Shown here: one piece after another, positions 36,070 to 49,679 of the stretch | Layout: every line of letters starts with the position of its first letter | Position numbering within the stretch: the stretch's first letter is position 1 | Assembly (NCBI GenBank): GCA_051313645.2 | Contig: JBNRSN020000184.1 | Span: 434,001-498,000, forward strand | Reading direction: 5' to 3' | Source: Centroscyllium fabricii | Taxonomy: Eukaryota | Length of the DNA stretch: 64,000 bases | Program-made: the position numbers and the translations under genes | Notes under the pieces: generated by a model | Told to the model about the DNA's origin: nothing | Database searches by the model: none | What the model saw: only the letters and a program-made list of their open reading frames with translations

Positions 36070-38089
36070 TGTAACAGAGATTCATTTAAACACAGCATAT
36101 ATACGAGGGAGAGCAGTGTAATCTTTCCAACATCACACCTCAGCAGAGAGACATACAAAGCAATCAAAGGTGTTTTAACATATTTTAACATATCAGTCAG
36201 GTACCAGCCTGAGATCAATGAGGTGCAGTCACAAAAGGTCAAATGTTGCAGTCTGGTGCCTGTGTGAAAACCCACAGAATGATTTTTTTTAATTGAGTGC
36301 GGAACTTGGCTATCAGCCTCTGCTCGACGATTTTGCGTTGTCGTGTGTCTCGAAGGCTGCCTTGGAGAATGCTTACCCGAGGATCGGAGGCTGAATGTCC
36401 TTGACTGCTGAAGTGTTCCCCGACTGGGAGGGAACACTCGTGCCTGGCGATTGTTGTGCGGTGTCCGTTCATCCGTTGTTGTAGTGTCTGCATGGTCTCG
36501 CCGATGTACCATGCTCCAGGACATCCTTTCCTGCAACGTATGAGGTAGACAACGTTGGTCGAGTCACATGAGTATGTACCATGTACCTGGTGGGTGGTGT
36601 CCTCACGCGTGATGATGGTATCTGTGCTGATGATTTGGCACGTCTTGCAGAGGTTGCCGTGGCAGGGTTGTGTGGTGTCGTGGTTGCTGTTCTCCTGAAA
36701 GCTGGGTAATTTGCTGCGAACGATGGTCTGTTTGAGGTTAGGCGGCTGTTTGAAGGCGAGTAGTGGAGGCGTAGGGATGGCCTTAGCGAGGTGTTTGTCG
36801 TCATCGATGACATGTTGAAGGCTGCGAAGAACATGGTGTAGTCTCTCCACTCCAGGGAGGTACTGGACGATAAAATGTACTCTGTTGGTTGTGTCCCGTG
36901 TTCGTCTTCTGAGGAGGTCTATGCGATTTTTCGCTGTGGCCCGTCGGAACTGTCAATCGATGAGTCGAGTGTCATATCCCGTTCTTACGAGGGCATCTTT
37001 CAGCGTCTGTAGGTGTCCATCGCGTTCCTCCTCGTCTGAGCAGATCCTGTGTATTCGCAGGGCTTGTCCATAGGGGATGGCTTCTTTAACGTGGTTAGGG
37101 TAGAAGCTGGAGTAGTGGAGCATCCTGAGGTTGTCCGTGGGTTTGCGGTAGAGGGAAGTGCTGAGGTGTCCGTCTTTGATGGAGATTCGTGTGTCCAAGA
37201 ATGAAACCGATTCTGAGGAGTAGTCCATGGTGAGTTTGATGGTGGGATGGAACTTGTTTATGTTATCGTGTAGGCTTTTCAGTGATTCTTTGCAGTGAGT
37301 CCACAGGTGGAAAATGTCGCCGATGTATCTGGTGTATAGCGTTGGTTGGAGGTACTGTGCAGCAAAGGAGACCAAATTCGCACCCCAATACGCCAACATC
37401 TTCATGCACAAGTTCGAGCAAGACTTCTTCGCTGCACAGTACCTCCAAATCATCAGCACAGATACCATCATCACACGTGAGGACACCACACACCAGGTAC
37501 ATGGTACATACTCATGTAACTCGACCAATATTGTCTACCTCATACGTTGCAGGAAAGGATGCCCCGGGGCATGGTACATCGGCGAGACCATGCAGACACT
37601 TCGACAACGGATGAACGGACACCGCACAACAATTGCCAGGCAGGAGTGTTCCCTCCCAGTCGGGGAACATTGCAGCAGTGAAGGACATTCAGCCTCCGAT
37701 CTTTGGGTAAACATTCTCCAAGGCGGCCTTCGAGACACACGACAATGCAAAATCGTCGAGCAGAGGCTGACAGCCAAATTCCGCACCCATGAGGACGGTC
37801 TCAACCGCGATATTGGCTTCATGTCACGCTACATGTGACCCTGCCTGACGTAGAGTCATCCAGACTAGAGACATCTTTGTCTTGTAAGGAAATTCCCTTT
37901 TTTTTTTTTTAAATCATTGTGTTTTGCAGCATTTGACCCCTTGTGACTGTGCCTCATTGATCTCAGACTGATGTGTTAAAATATGTTAATACGCCTTTGT
38001 GTGCTCTGTCTATCTCTGCTAAGGTGAGATGTGGGAGATCAGATTTCTCTCTTCCTCCCATATGTGCGTTCTTTAAGTCAGCTTCTCTT

Positions 38090-38127
38090 TCACCTGACGA
38101 AGGGGCAGAAGCTCCGAAAGCTTGTGA
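38090..38127 (+). ncRNA. Minimal type I hammerhead ribozyme motif
   Basis: TCAC-CTGACGA-A-GGGGC AGAA GCTCC-GAAAGCTT-GTGA. Confidence 0.8.
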
Positions 38128-38144
38128 TTTAAAATAAAACTGTT

Positions 38145-39760
38145 AGGGAGGGAGTTCCAGAATTTTGACCCAGCAACGATGAAGGAACAGCGATATACGT
38201 CTAAGTCAGGATGTGTAACTTGGAGGGGAGCTTGAAGGTGGTGGTGTCTTTATGCGTTTGGTGCCTTTGTCCTTCCAGGAAGGTTTGGCAGGTGCTGTCG
38301 AAGAAGCCTTGGCAAGTTGCTGCAGTGCATCTTGTAGGTCGTGCACACTGCAGATAGTGGTGCGCTGGTGGTGGAGGGAATGCCAATCAAGCGGGCTTCA
38401 TTCAAGAATTTACCCAATTCTCTTTGATTGCTAGCATTGAATCTGCTTCCGCCACCCTTTCAGGCGGTGCAATCCAGATCGTAACAACTCACTGTAAAAA
38501 AATAGTTTCCTCATGTCTCCTCTGGTTCTTTTGCCAATCACCTTCAATCTGTATCCTCTGGTTACTGACCCTTTTCCACTTTATCAAAACCCTTCATGAT
38601 TTTGAACACCTCTATCAAATCTCTTAACCTTCTCTGTTCGGAGAACAATCCCAACTCCTCCAGTCTCTCCACAAAACTGAAGTCCTTCATGAGAACATAA
38701 GATAGGAGCACGAGTAAGCCATTCGAGCCTGCTCCGCCAGTCAATACGATCATGGCTGATCTTCTACCTCAACTCCTCCTTCCTACACTATCCCCATATC
38801 CCTTGGCTCCCTTAGTATCCAAAAATCTATTGATCTCAGCCTTGAATATACTCAACGACTGAACATCCACAGCCCTCTGGGGCAGAGAATTCCAAAGATT
38901 CACCACCCTCTGAGTGAAGAAATTTCTCCTCATCTCAGTCCTAAATGGCAGACCCCTTATTCTGAGACTGTGACCCCTGGTTCTCGACTCCCCCGCCAGG
39001 GCAAACAACCTCCCTGCATCTACCCTGTCAAGCCCTGTAAGAATTTTATACATTTCAATGAGATCACCTCTCATTCTTCTAAACGCTAGGAAATATAGGC
39101 CTAGTCTACTCAATCTCTCCTCATAGGACATTTCCCCCATCTCAGGAATCACTCTAGTAAATCTCCTCTGCACCCGCTCGAAGATCTTGACATCCTTCCT
39201 AAAGAGTAGTGCCCAGAATTGAACACGATACTCCAGCTGGGGCCTAGCCAGTGTTTTAAAGGTTTAGGTTAACTTTCTTGCTTTTGTACTCTATGCCTCT
39301 ACTTATAAAGCCAAGGATCCCTTATGCCTTTTTAACAAATTTCTCAACTTGTCCCATCACCTTCAAAGATTTGTGTACGCACACCCACCAGTCTCTGTTC
39401 GTCAACCCCTTTAAAATGATACCATTTAGTTTATTTTGCCTCTCCTCATTCGGCCGACCAAAATGAATCACTTCACACTTCTGTGTTAAATTCCATCTGC
39501 CATGTTTCTGCCCATTTCACTGTCTATGTCCGCCTGAAGTCGGTTACTAACCTCGCGGTTTACTACATTTCAGAGTTTTGTGTCATCTGTAAACTTTGAA
39601 ATTATACCCAGTCCACCCAGGTCCAGGTCATTAATATATATTAATAAGTGCAGTGGTCCTAATACCAATCCCTAGGGGACACCACTGTATATTTCCCTCT
39701 GAAAAACAGTCTGAAAAACAACTGTTCACCACGACTCTCTCCTTTCTGACCTGTGGCCAA
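38145..39760 (-). mobile_element. Mixed old LINE fragments (CR1 and second CR1-like family)
   Basis: ORF 38769-39173 carries CR1 motifs; 38145-38390 is antisense to the family at 14893. Confidence 0.75.
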
Positions 39761-39764
39761 TCAT

Positions 39765-40513
39765 GGCCCAGAAATTCCGATCGCCCCGGGTGAGTACGCG
39801 CTGGGTACTTACCCGTAGGCCCATCCAAAGTGCCGGTTTTGTGCATGCGCGTGAAACCGGCACTTCCGATCCCGACTGAAGGGGTCAGGGGTCGGAGCGC
39901 GTGCGCAGGAGCGGCAGCGAGTGCGCAATGCACTCCGATTTTTTTTATTTTTTTTAAACAGGTCTGCGTGCGGGTAAGTAAGGAAAAAGATACGGCTGTT
40001 TTTTAATGTGCAAAGACTGGTTTTCAGAAGGTAAGTGGTGAATTAATTCAAATTAAAACATTTTTTCCACAGGTTTTTTATTTTTCAATACTTTAAAGAA
40101 AGGTAAGTTTATTTGTAGCCCCGTTCAAAACTGTAATTAATTTTTTCAAAAATGTAAATTATTGTTTAAAATAGTTATTTAATGTCATTGATAGTTATTT
40201 TTAAACATATGATTTTAAAAAAAAATTATCTGAAGATTTAGTGATGTTTTGGGGCTTGTAGTTTTCATACTTTTGACAGGTCAAACTTATGAATGGAGCA
40301 TTCTGTGCTCCGATTGGCTCTCCGTGGCCCACGTGATCCTGCGCGATCCCTCGCACTATCTTCGCCGCTGGGATACGGGAGCACAGTGCGCCGGCACTAC
40401 AGAAAGGCCCCGCATCGGAATTCCATGCGGGCCCACAGCTCAACGGCCGGCGCGCTAGAGTGCGGGTTGGAGTCTCGCACTCGGGGGAAGCCTCCAATCT
40501 GAATTTCTGGGCC
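39765..40513. mobile_element. MITE, PIF/Harbinger-like; same family as 1544-2271, inverted
   Basis: TIR GGCCCAGAAATTC...GAATTTCTGGGCC and internal homology to the first copy. Confidence 0.82.
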
Positions 40514-40603
40514 ATTGTATCCATGCAGCTACTGCTTCAGTATTGCTGACAAGTCTATTAGCTGGTACTTTATTAAAGGTCTTTTTGAAAGTCCATATAC
40601 ACC

Positions 40604-40961
40604 CGGAGACCCGGGTTCAAATCCAGCCTCGGATACTATCTGTGTGGAGTTTGCACATTCTCCCCGTGTCTGCGTGGGTTTCCTCCGGGTGCTCCGGTTT
40701 CCTCCCACAGTCCAAAGATGTGCGGGTTAGGTTGATTGGCCAGGATAAATTGACCCTTAGTGTTAGAGGGATTGAATATGTGGGGTTACGGGGATAGGGT
40801 GGGATATGTGTCGGTGCAGGCTCGATAGAGATCGAGGGATATGGGGACAAGGCAGGGACAGGGTACTGGGTTTGAATGATCAGCCATGATCTCATTGAAT
40901 GGCGGAGCAGGCTCGAGGGGCCGAATGGCCTACTCCTGCTCCTATCTTCTATGTTTCTATG
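40604..40961 (+). mobile_element. V-SINE, 5'-truncated
   Basis: B box, V-domain and CR1 tail. Confidence 0.88.
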
Positions 40962-41054
40962 TTACACAACAACAACCGGACTACTTTCAAAGAACTTGAT
41001 CAAGTTGGTCAAACACGATTTGCCTTTTCAACTTCCATTTATTAGCCCATGTGT

Positions 41055-41503
41055 GTCAGCTGTGGCTCAGTGGGCAGCACCCTCGCCTCGGAGTCGGAAG
41101 GTTGTGGGTTCAAGTCCCACTCCAGGGACTTGAGCATATAAAGCTAGGCTGATACACCAGCTGAGGGAGCGCTGCACTGTCGGAGGCGACGTCTTTCAGA
41201 TGAGACATTAAACCAATGCCCCGTCTGCTCTGTCAGGTGGATGTAAAAGATCCCATGGCACTATTTCAAAGAGCAGGGGAGTTCTCCTCGGTGTCCTGGA
41301 CAATATTTATCCCTCAACCAACATAACAAAAACAGATTATCTGGTTATTGTCACATTGCTGTTTGTGGGAGCTTGCTGTGCGCAAATTGGATGCTCCGTT
41401 TCCCACGTTACAACAGTGACTCCACTTCAAAAGTACTTCATTGACTGTAAAATGCTTTGAGACATCCAGTGATTGAGAAAGGCGCTATAGAAATGCAAGA
41501 CTT
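41055..41503 (+). mobile_element. Deu-SINE (SacSINE1-like): tRNA head, Deu domain, L2 tail
   Basis: TGGCTCAGTGG and GGTTCAAGTCC boxes. Central TAAAAGATCCCATGGCACTATTT...CATTGCTGTTTGTGGGAGCTTGCTGTGCGCAAATTGG. Tail GGCGCTATAGAAATGCAAG. Confidence 0.85.
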
Positions 41504-43223
41504 GTTTTTCATACTTTTCCAAATGTGAATTAATTTTGTCCCAGATTATTGTCTCAAAGTTTCCCCTCCTCGGACATTAGGCTGTCTGGCCTGTAGCTGC
41601 CGGGTTTATCCCTCTTCCACTTTTTGAACAAGGGTGAAACATTTGCAATCCTCCAGTCCTCTGGCACCACTCCCGTATCGAAGGAAGATTGTGGCTATCG
41701 CCTCGGAAATTTCCACCCAATGGCTGAAGGGTCGATAATGAGGACGACTCAGATTTAAGGCGATTGGCAAAAGAACCGGGGGGATATGAGGAAAATCCTG
41801 TTTTTACGCAATGAGTGGTTAGGATTTGGAACGCACGGCTCGATAGGGTGGCAGATACAGATTGATTGGAGCCTTCAAAAGGGAATTGGATAAATACCTG
41901 AAGGAGAAACAAACACTGCAGGGATTGCTCTTTGAAAGAGCTGGAGCCGATTTGTTGGGCTAAATGATCTGCTTCGATGCTGTACTATTCGATAATTCTA
42001 CTTCCCGCAGCAGCCCAGGATCCATCCCCATCTAGACCGGGTAACTTTTCTACTTTGAGTGTTGCCAACCTTTTTAAGTACCTCCACTTTATCTATTTTT
42101 ATCCTATTAAATTTACCTACTACCTCCTTTACTGTGACATTGGCAGCATCCTCCAGTGAAGATAGATGCAAAGTACTCCAAAAGAGGGCACATGAACAGA
42201 GAGACCTGGGGGTAGATGTGCACAAATCATTGAAGGTGGCAGGGCAGGTGGAGAAAGTGGTTAAAAAAGCTCACGGGATCCTGAGATTTATAAAAAGAGG
42301 CAGAGAGTACAAGAGCAGGTTATGATGAACCTTTAGAAAACACTAGTTCGGCCTCAACATAAGAGCATAAATAGCAGCAGGAGTAATCCATTCAGTATCA
42401 GGGCTGATCTTCGACCTCATCTCCACTCTCCTGCACTATCCCTCGATACCCATAATATTCAAAAATCTATCGATCTCTGTCTTGAATATACTCAACGACT
42501 GAGCCTCCACAAGCCTCTGGGGCAGAGAATTCTGAAGATTCACCACCCTCTGAGTGAAGACATTTCTCATCTCAGTCCGAAATGGCCAACTCTTATTCGG
42601 AGACTGTGACCTCTGGCTCAAGACTGCCCAGCCCGGGGAAACATCCTCCCTGCATCTACCCTGTAAGAATTTTGTATATTTCAATGAGATCACCTCACAT
42701 TCTTCTAAATGCCAGAGAATATAGGCTCAATCTCTCCTCATAGGACAATCCCCCCATCCCAGGAATCAATCTCATGAACCTTCGTTACACTCCCTCTATG
42801 GCAAGTATATCCTTCCTTAGGTAAGGAGACCAAAACTGTCCACAATACTCCGGGTGTGGTCTCACCAAGGCCCTATATAATTGCAGGAAAACATATTTAC
42901 TCTTATACTCGGACACGACAACGGCACAACCAGCCCAGTCGACCCTGCAAAGTCCTCCTCACCAACATCTGGGGACTTGTGCCAAAATTGGGAGAGCTGT
43001 CCCACAGACTAGTCAAGCAACAGCCTGACATAGTCATGCTTACAGAATCACACCTTTCAGCCATTGTCCCAAACTCCTCCATCACCATCCCTGGGTATGT
43101 CCTGTCCCACCAGCAGGAAGACCCACCAGGGGTGGTGGCACAGTGGGATACAGTCGGGAAGGAGTGGCCCCTTGGAGTCCTCAACATTGACTCCGGACCC
43201 CATGAAGTCTCATGGCTTCAGGT

Positions 43224-43434
43224 TATTGTGTTTGTATTATATCGTATAATAATACAAGGACACCAGAGATAAAATGAACACGTCTTTACTGGTGGTCATC
43301 ATCAGAAGAAGTGAGGAGTGTGGCTCCGCCCCTTATTTATACTGGGAGCCCACTCCTTTACAATACAATGTATTCTTACACAGCAAGAAGTTCCGGGCTT
43401 CACAATATAGTGCACTGTGTACACATACACCACA
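43224..43434 (-). repeat. Gypsy 3' LTR
   Basis: About 7 differences from 52891-53101, counted by eye. Confidence 0.93.
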
Positions 43435-46400
43435 CTCCTCCCCTTTTAGTTTTTACAGCAATCTTTGTTAACTATAAACAATATAATCTTTGTTAACTAT
43501 AAACAATACACTACTTTTACAATTCCTGTCTTTATGGATAACATCCATTTGTAAAAGAAAGTAAACAATCGATGATAATTGCTTTGGTTGTCATTACAAG
43601 TTCAGCCTTTTTGGAGGCCTTCGAGCCCTCACTGGATATCGTCGTTCCCTTGTTTCCGGCTCTCTATGTGGGCTTGGCTCCCTATCATCTAAGGGATGAT
43701 TTGTATCGTCTAGCACCTCAATGAGGTCTTCAGTCTCGCTGCTGTATTCTTCCGTCTGAGCATACGCATGTGATCTGTTGTGCTCTTCAGTCTGAGTGTG
43801 AGACTGAGATCTGCTTAATAATTGGTCGGCGTGTCTGCGTACTGTGTTGTCTCCCACATTCACGGAATATGTGAGTGGCCCCTGACGTTCACTTATCGTT
43901 CCGGGTTGCCACTTTTCCATTGTCCGGTAGTCTCGGGCTAACACCAGCTGCCCTACCTGAAAATTTCTAGTGGGTTTCATGGGTTTCTCATATACCCTCT
44001 GGTACTGTTGGTCTTCTACCTCCCTTCTTATGTTTGGTTTCACCAGGTCCAATTTTGACCTTAACTGTCGGTTGAACATAAGTATCGAAGGTGGCTGCCC
44101 TGTGACAGAATGCGCCGTATTTCTGTACGCAAACAAGAAACAGTCAAGTTTATGTTGCAATTTCCTGTTGTCGTCACACATTGCCTTCATACCTTTCTTG
44201 AAGGTTTGGACAAAGCGTAAAGTGTTTGATTCCATTAACTTTCATGAAATTTTTGAATTCCTCCGCCACGAATTGAGGCCCATTATCTGAGCATATTTGC
44301 TCTGGCAATCCATTTCTGGCGAAGATTGTCCTCAAGACCGAAATGGTAATCTCTGTAGTGGTAGAGGACACCTTGATGACCTCCGGCCATTTCGAGTGGG
44401 CGTCGACAGCGATAAGGAACATTGAGTTCATGAATGGACCAGCAAAGTCTATGTGTACCCTCTGCCAAGGAGAGGAGGGCCACTCCCACAGATGTAGGGG
44501 CCCTGGCGGCGGCGCATTTTGGACCTTCTGGCATCCATTGCATCCTTTAGCCAGGTCCTCTATCTGGTTATCTATGCCTGGCCACTACACATATGCCCTG
44601 GTGAGGCTTTTCATCTTTACTCCCCCCAGATGTCCTTCATGGAGTTCTTTGAGAACCTTTTCTTGGAGTTTGGGAGGAATGATCACCCGTGTGCCACACA
44701 TCAGGGTTCCTCGGCACACCGACAGTTGTTCTCTTCTGGCAGAAAATGCTGGCAACAGTGGGTCGCCCTGTGCTGGCCATCCGGATAACGTTAGATCATA
44801 CACCCGCGACAGTGTCAAGTCCTTCCTAGTCTCGGTCTCTATTGTGGCATTGGTGACTGGTAGGGCATCAACAATAGTTGCATGGAAAATCTCTACTGGA
44901 TCTACTACTGGTGCTTCTTCGACTGCAGGCAGTGGTAGTCGTGAAAGGCCATCGGCATTTCCATGTTGCTTCGTGCCCTTGTATTCGATGTCATATTGAT
45001 GAGCCCCTAGGAAAAGTGCCCATCGTTGGAGTCTTTGTGCTGTCATTACAGGCACTCCTTTGGTCGGGTTGAAGATGGACACCAGGGCTGGTGATCCGTT
45101 AAGAGAGTAAATCTCTGTCCGTGCAAGTAATGGTTAAACTTCTTCACTCCCCACACTAGGCTGAGCGCTTCCCTATCGATCTGCGTGTAATTGCGCTCAG
45201 CCGTGGTTAATGACCTGGATGCGAAGGCTATTGGCCTTTCTGATCCGTCCAAGCATGTGTGAGATAACACTGCCCCAATTCCATGGGGTGATGCATCACA
45301 TGCCAACCTCAGTGGTAGGGTTGGGTTGAAGTGAGCCAGGACTTCTTTAGAAGTAATCAACCCTTTACATTTTTGGAATGCCTTTTTACACTCCTCACTC
45401 CATTTCCACTGCACTCCTGACTTAAGGAGGGTATTGAGTGGGTGTAAGATCGTTGATAAATTCGGCAGGAACTTGTGGTAGTTGACCAACCCGAGGAAAG
45501 ACCTCAACTGCGTTACATTTTCCGGAGCTGGCGCCTGCACTACCGCTTCAATTTTGGCCGGGGACTTGTGAAGTCCTTCTTCATCCATGATGTGTCCACA
45601 ATATGCGATTCGTTTGCTAAAGAATTCGCATTTTTCCCTATTTGCCCGGAGACCATATTCCTTTAGGCGAGTGAGTACCTGTTCCAAGTTCGCCAGGTGT
45701 TCTGTATCGATTTCTCCCATCACCAGGATGTCATCCAGGTAGCATTGGGTACCCGGGATCCCTTGTAATACTTGGTCCATCGTTCTTTGCCAATGACTGG
45801 GGCCGATGCCACCCCAAAGACAAGCCTATTGTATCTATATAGTCCCTTGTGTGTGTTTATCGTGAGGTACTCTTTGGATTTATCTTCAACCTCCATTTGT
45901 AGGTATGCCTGGGCCAGGTCGATTTTGGTGAATCGTCTACCACCCGCCAATGAGGCAAATATGTCCTCGATTCTGGGTAGGGGGTACTGTATGCAGTACT
46001 GGGTTAACGGTGACTTTGAAGTCCCCACATATTCGAACTTTGTGGTTCCCCAGGTGTATCCCTTAAGGGTTTCTTCATAACCGGTACAATTGGCGTGGCC
46101 CATTCGCTATACTCGACTTTAGAAAGCCCCCCTGCCCGCTCGAGGCTCTCTAATTCCGCCTCCACGGCCGGGCAAATGGCATAAGGCACAGGTTTTGCCT
46201 TAAAGAATTTCGGGGTGGCATTTCTTTCGATCTTGATGGTGGCGGTCATACCTCTAAGGGTTCCTAGTCCTTCCTGGAATACCTCTTTCGTTCTGTCCAG
46301 TATCTCCGCCAGTCTAGCTGGATTGTCGCTAGCATCCTTGTTGGCCTCCATGGTCAGTGCCTGGATGGAGCGCCAGTCAAGTTGGATTTTCCTGATCCAC

Positions 46401-46888
46401 TCAGTGGTGGCGGACCTCCATTCTGTAAGACGTAGATGTACATGTTAGGTATGTTTCTACCGCGGTAACGTACGGTTACTTTAAATTTCCCTTTGGGGCA
46501 TACTTTCTGTCCCGTGTACGTCTTCAAGGTTATCTCCGTCTGTTTCAGTGGAATATGTGAAAAGAGCCACTCATAGTCTCTCTTATTTATAATAGTGAGG
46601 GCTGACCCAGTGTCCAGTTCCATGTCGAGTTGGACCTTTTCAATGTTAAGTTTGACCCAGATGGCCTCACGATCGTCATTTTCGCTGACCTTGTTCAGTT
46701 TAAGAGAGCCCAGGTCTGTGCTGGAGTTGTCGGTTTTACCCTTTTTGTCCTCCGAGTCTGAACTACCCTCGGTTACTCTGTGGACCTTGGTGTTTGTCCA
46801 TTTTGGGGATATTTTACTTTCTTTACTCAGTTTATTCCCCGCTCTACAGACCCTGGCAATGTGGCCAATTTTGCCGCATTGTCTACAC

Positions 46889-47323
46889 CAGTGGTCCCCA
46901 ACCTTTTTGCGTTCGCGGCCCGTTTTGGGGTTGTCAATTTCTTCGCGGGCCGGTGTGGGGGTTCTGATCGGAGATTTTTAGCCTCAGCGGGGGGGGGGGG
47001 GGGGGGGGGGGGGGTGATGGAGCTTTTTAGCCTCAGCGGGGGATTTTCTAGGCTGGCGGGGTAAAAAGACTGACCCTGGCGCTGCAATTCCTTCAGTTGC
47101 CAGCGGGCAGCGGCTGGGTCTCTGAGGCGGCGCATGCGTAGATTCACAGACCCTGCCGCTGCAATTCCTTCAGTTGCCAGCGGCTGGGTCTGTGAGGCGG
47201 CGCATGCGCCGATCATTAGCCGACGGTCCGCGGCAAGGTCGTTGATTCGGCGCATGCGCGGATTCTCAGAACCGTCCGCGGACCGGTAAAACTGTCCCGC
47301 GGACCGGCGGTTGGAGACCGCTG
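46889..47323. mobile_element. hAT (Charlie-like) MITE
   Basis: TIR CAG(T/C)GGTC(C/T)CCAACC and 8-bp TSD GTCTACAC; inserted in the second gag knuckle. Confidence 0.9.
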
Positions 47324-48220
47324 GTCTACACTGTTTGTCTTTAAACCAGCAGCTTTTCTGGTCGTGGGTTGTTCTGCCACATCGGTAGCATCTATCAAAT
47401 CTCGGAGACATCTTGTTAGCCTCATACTCCCGCTCCCGTGGTTGGTGTTGAATTTCCACGGCACTTTTATCTGCCGATTCGTGGAACAAGGCTATATTAA
47501 AAGCCGTTTCCAAAGTTAAGTCTTTCTTTGTTAAGAGCAGTTTTTGCGTGCTCTCGCTGACTAATCCACATACAAATCTATCTCTTAGCAGTTCTGTACG
47601 CATGTCTCCATATTGACAATGGTCTGCTAGTTTCCTTAATTCAGAGAGGTATTCCGCATTTGACTCCCCTCTACGTTCAGCGATTATCAACGGTGCAGGG
47701 CTTAAATGTTCCTTAATGCCCTAGTTTCACTGGAGGCTACGAATTGCCGAATCGTGCCGATTGTGAAATTTGGCCGATTCGTGGGTAATTCTTGCAATTC
47801 GTGGTGGATTCGTAGTGGATTCGTAGCGGTTTCGTAGCGGTTTCGTAGCGGTTTCTTAGAGTTCGTGGAAGGTCGCGGGAATTCTTTGAGTTTTCAAGAA
47901 AGTTTTTGTTTGTCAAAAAATTTCGTGGGAGGGTTCACGAATGTCCAATTCGTGATAGATTCCTAAACAATTCGTGACCCTTTCTTACCGTTCGTGACCC
48001 TTTCTTACCGTTCGTAACTGATTCGTAGTGGATTCGTGGTGCATTCTTGCCTATTCTTGGGCATTCTTGATTTTTTCAAAATCAGGAATGCACCACGAAT
48101 GTCCACGAATGTACTACGAATGCACTGCGAATGCACTACGAATCGTCACTTATCAGAGATTTAGCGCGAAACTGACCAGGTCAGAGTTCACTGACTGCTA
48201 CCGATCTCCATTTTAAAAGC

Positions 48221-48538
48221 ATGGGGAGAAGACTAGGAGCAGCCAAAAAGGTCAGGGCACTTGCCAAAGCCACCAAACGCCCCCAGGATGTCATAGAGGA
48301 CAGCCAGAGGGAACCATCTGTACCTCAGGACATCACTGCAGCACATGGAGGCGACACAGATCTTCCCTCGACAGGGGAAGACTGTTCACAGGAGGAGGAG
48401 GTACACCAGCCAGACGAAGTCCAGCAGGAGGGCGACGATGCTGCCGATGTGGAAGCTACTCCATCCCAGGGGTCACAGGGGTCTAAGCAAAGGAAGGCGA
48501 GGCTCCTGTCCAAACTGACTGATGCAGAACAAGAGCAG
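48221..48538 (+). CDS. Harbinger accessory DNA-binding protein, exon 1
   Basis: Basic/acidic N-terminus; donor CAG|GTAACT, phase 0. Confidence 0.8.
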
Positions 48539-48626
48539 GTAACTAATATTTATATGTGATATCCCTTTATTAATAATCACTATCATCAATTTGATTTTTT
48601 CTACAAATATATTATTTTTATTCTAG

Positions 48627-49679
48627 GTGGCCGTCTTTCTCGAAGGTAATGATTTTATTTTTAACAAGCGGCGGTTCGACCACTGCTTCGCTGACAGAAA
48701 ACACAGGGCGTGGGAGGAAGAGGCCAGGAACATGGGCAAGCAGGTGAAGGACCTGACAACCTTTTTTGATAGCATAAGGACACAGATGGGGAAGATGAGG
48801 AGAAAAACGAGTGGCCAGGGAACATTGGAGCTGACAGAGAGGCAGCAGTGGATCTGGACCCGCTTCCAGTTCCTCGTACCGCACATCGGCCATGTCACGA
48901 GGCGGACCGTGCAGAGCCTCAAGCCTGCTACCACACAGCCTGCTACTGCAGATCCTGAGGACAGGGATCCTGACGTGGAAATGGTGGATGAAAGTGTGCC
49001 CACGCCACCGCAGGAAAGCACCCCAAACTCCAGCATCACAACCGCCAGCAGCTGCAGAGGTGGCAGTCGAAAGAGGAGAGGGACAGCCATGGAGGAAGAT
49101 GAGGACATTGCAGGGGAGAGGGCCAGCTCAAGGGCGAGGCAGATGGAGCTGCTGGAGATCATCAGATCGAACGCTGATAATGCTGTTCCCTTTCCGGCCC
49201 GCCTCAAGTACGGTGAATTTTTGGGCCATTCTTTTCAGCAGCTGCCCCATTTTATGTACATTGAGCTCCGTGAGAAAATGTCGGCGCTCCTAACAGAGGC
49301 TGAGAAGAAGTTTGCTCTAATGGAGCAGTCCCGCCAGGGAGCATCGCCAGCACCACCTCCACCAGAACCAGCAGCCTCTCTACTTACAACACGCCCCTCA
49401 TCAACCTCATCCACCCTGCCCATGCAACCTCCTCGTCAGTGGCACCCACCCTACCAGCAGCAAGGCCAGTGGCACGGACATCAGTCGCAGTGGCACTCCA
49501 ACACTGTGATTACTCATCCTTGCCATCCCGCTGAAAGTTCCTGGATTGATCAGCAGCCAGGAACATCAATGCAAAGTGATCCCCACACTTTCACGATCCC
49601 TCCAACTGCAGACAGCCAACAGCCTGACATGAGTGCACCACCTGATGACTGTTATGTCCACGTCTCAGCAGGACACTAG
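48627..49679 (+). CDS. Harbinger accessory protein exon 2: MADF (Myb/SANT-like) domain plus BESS-like motif, 456 aa spliced
   Basis: Acceptor TTATTCTAG|. Sequence ..KHRAWEEEA..FDSIRTQMGK..SGQG..WIWTRFQFLVPH; later YGEFLGHSFQQLPHFMYIELREKMSALL. Confidence 0.8.
   Translation: MAVFLEGNDFIFNKRRFDHCFADRKHRAWEEEARNMGKQVKDLTTFFDSIRTQMGKMRRKTSGQGTLELTERQQWIWTRFQFLVPHIGHVTRRTVQSLKPATTQPATADPEDRDPDVEMVDESVPTPPQESTPNSSITTASSCRGGSRKRRGTAMEEDEDIAGERASSRARQMELLEIIRSNADNAVPFPARLKYGEFLGHSFQQLPHFMYIELREKMSALLTEAEKKFALMEQSRQGASPAPPPPEPAASLLTTRPSSTSSTLPMQPPRQWHPPYQQQGQWHGHQSQWHSNTVITHPCHPAESSWIDQQPGTSMQSDPHTFTIPPTADSQQPDMSAPPDDCYVHVSAGH

Larger units (their letters stand above)
35946..38143. mobile_element. 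Penelope-like element, head-to-head pair (RT remnant + GIY-YIG endonuclease + pLTR on each arm)
   Basis: VVYLIRC...WYIGET..LRQRMNGH and GLNRD motifs on both strands. RT motifs TKFAPQYANIFM, RYIGDIF, FLD and YRKPT. A hammerhead motif at each outer end. Confidence 0.92.

Noticed and set aside
41055-41130. tRNA gene (also 209-300 and the V-SINE heads)
   Set aside because: A and B boxes are present, but each continues into a SINE body and a LINE-derived tail.
46827-47690. 287-aa gag ORF with a poly-proline extension
   Set aside because: The C-terminal half is read-through into the hAT MITE and its poly-G tract.
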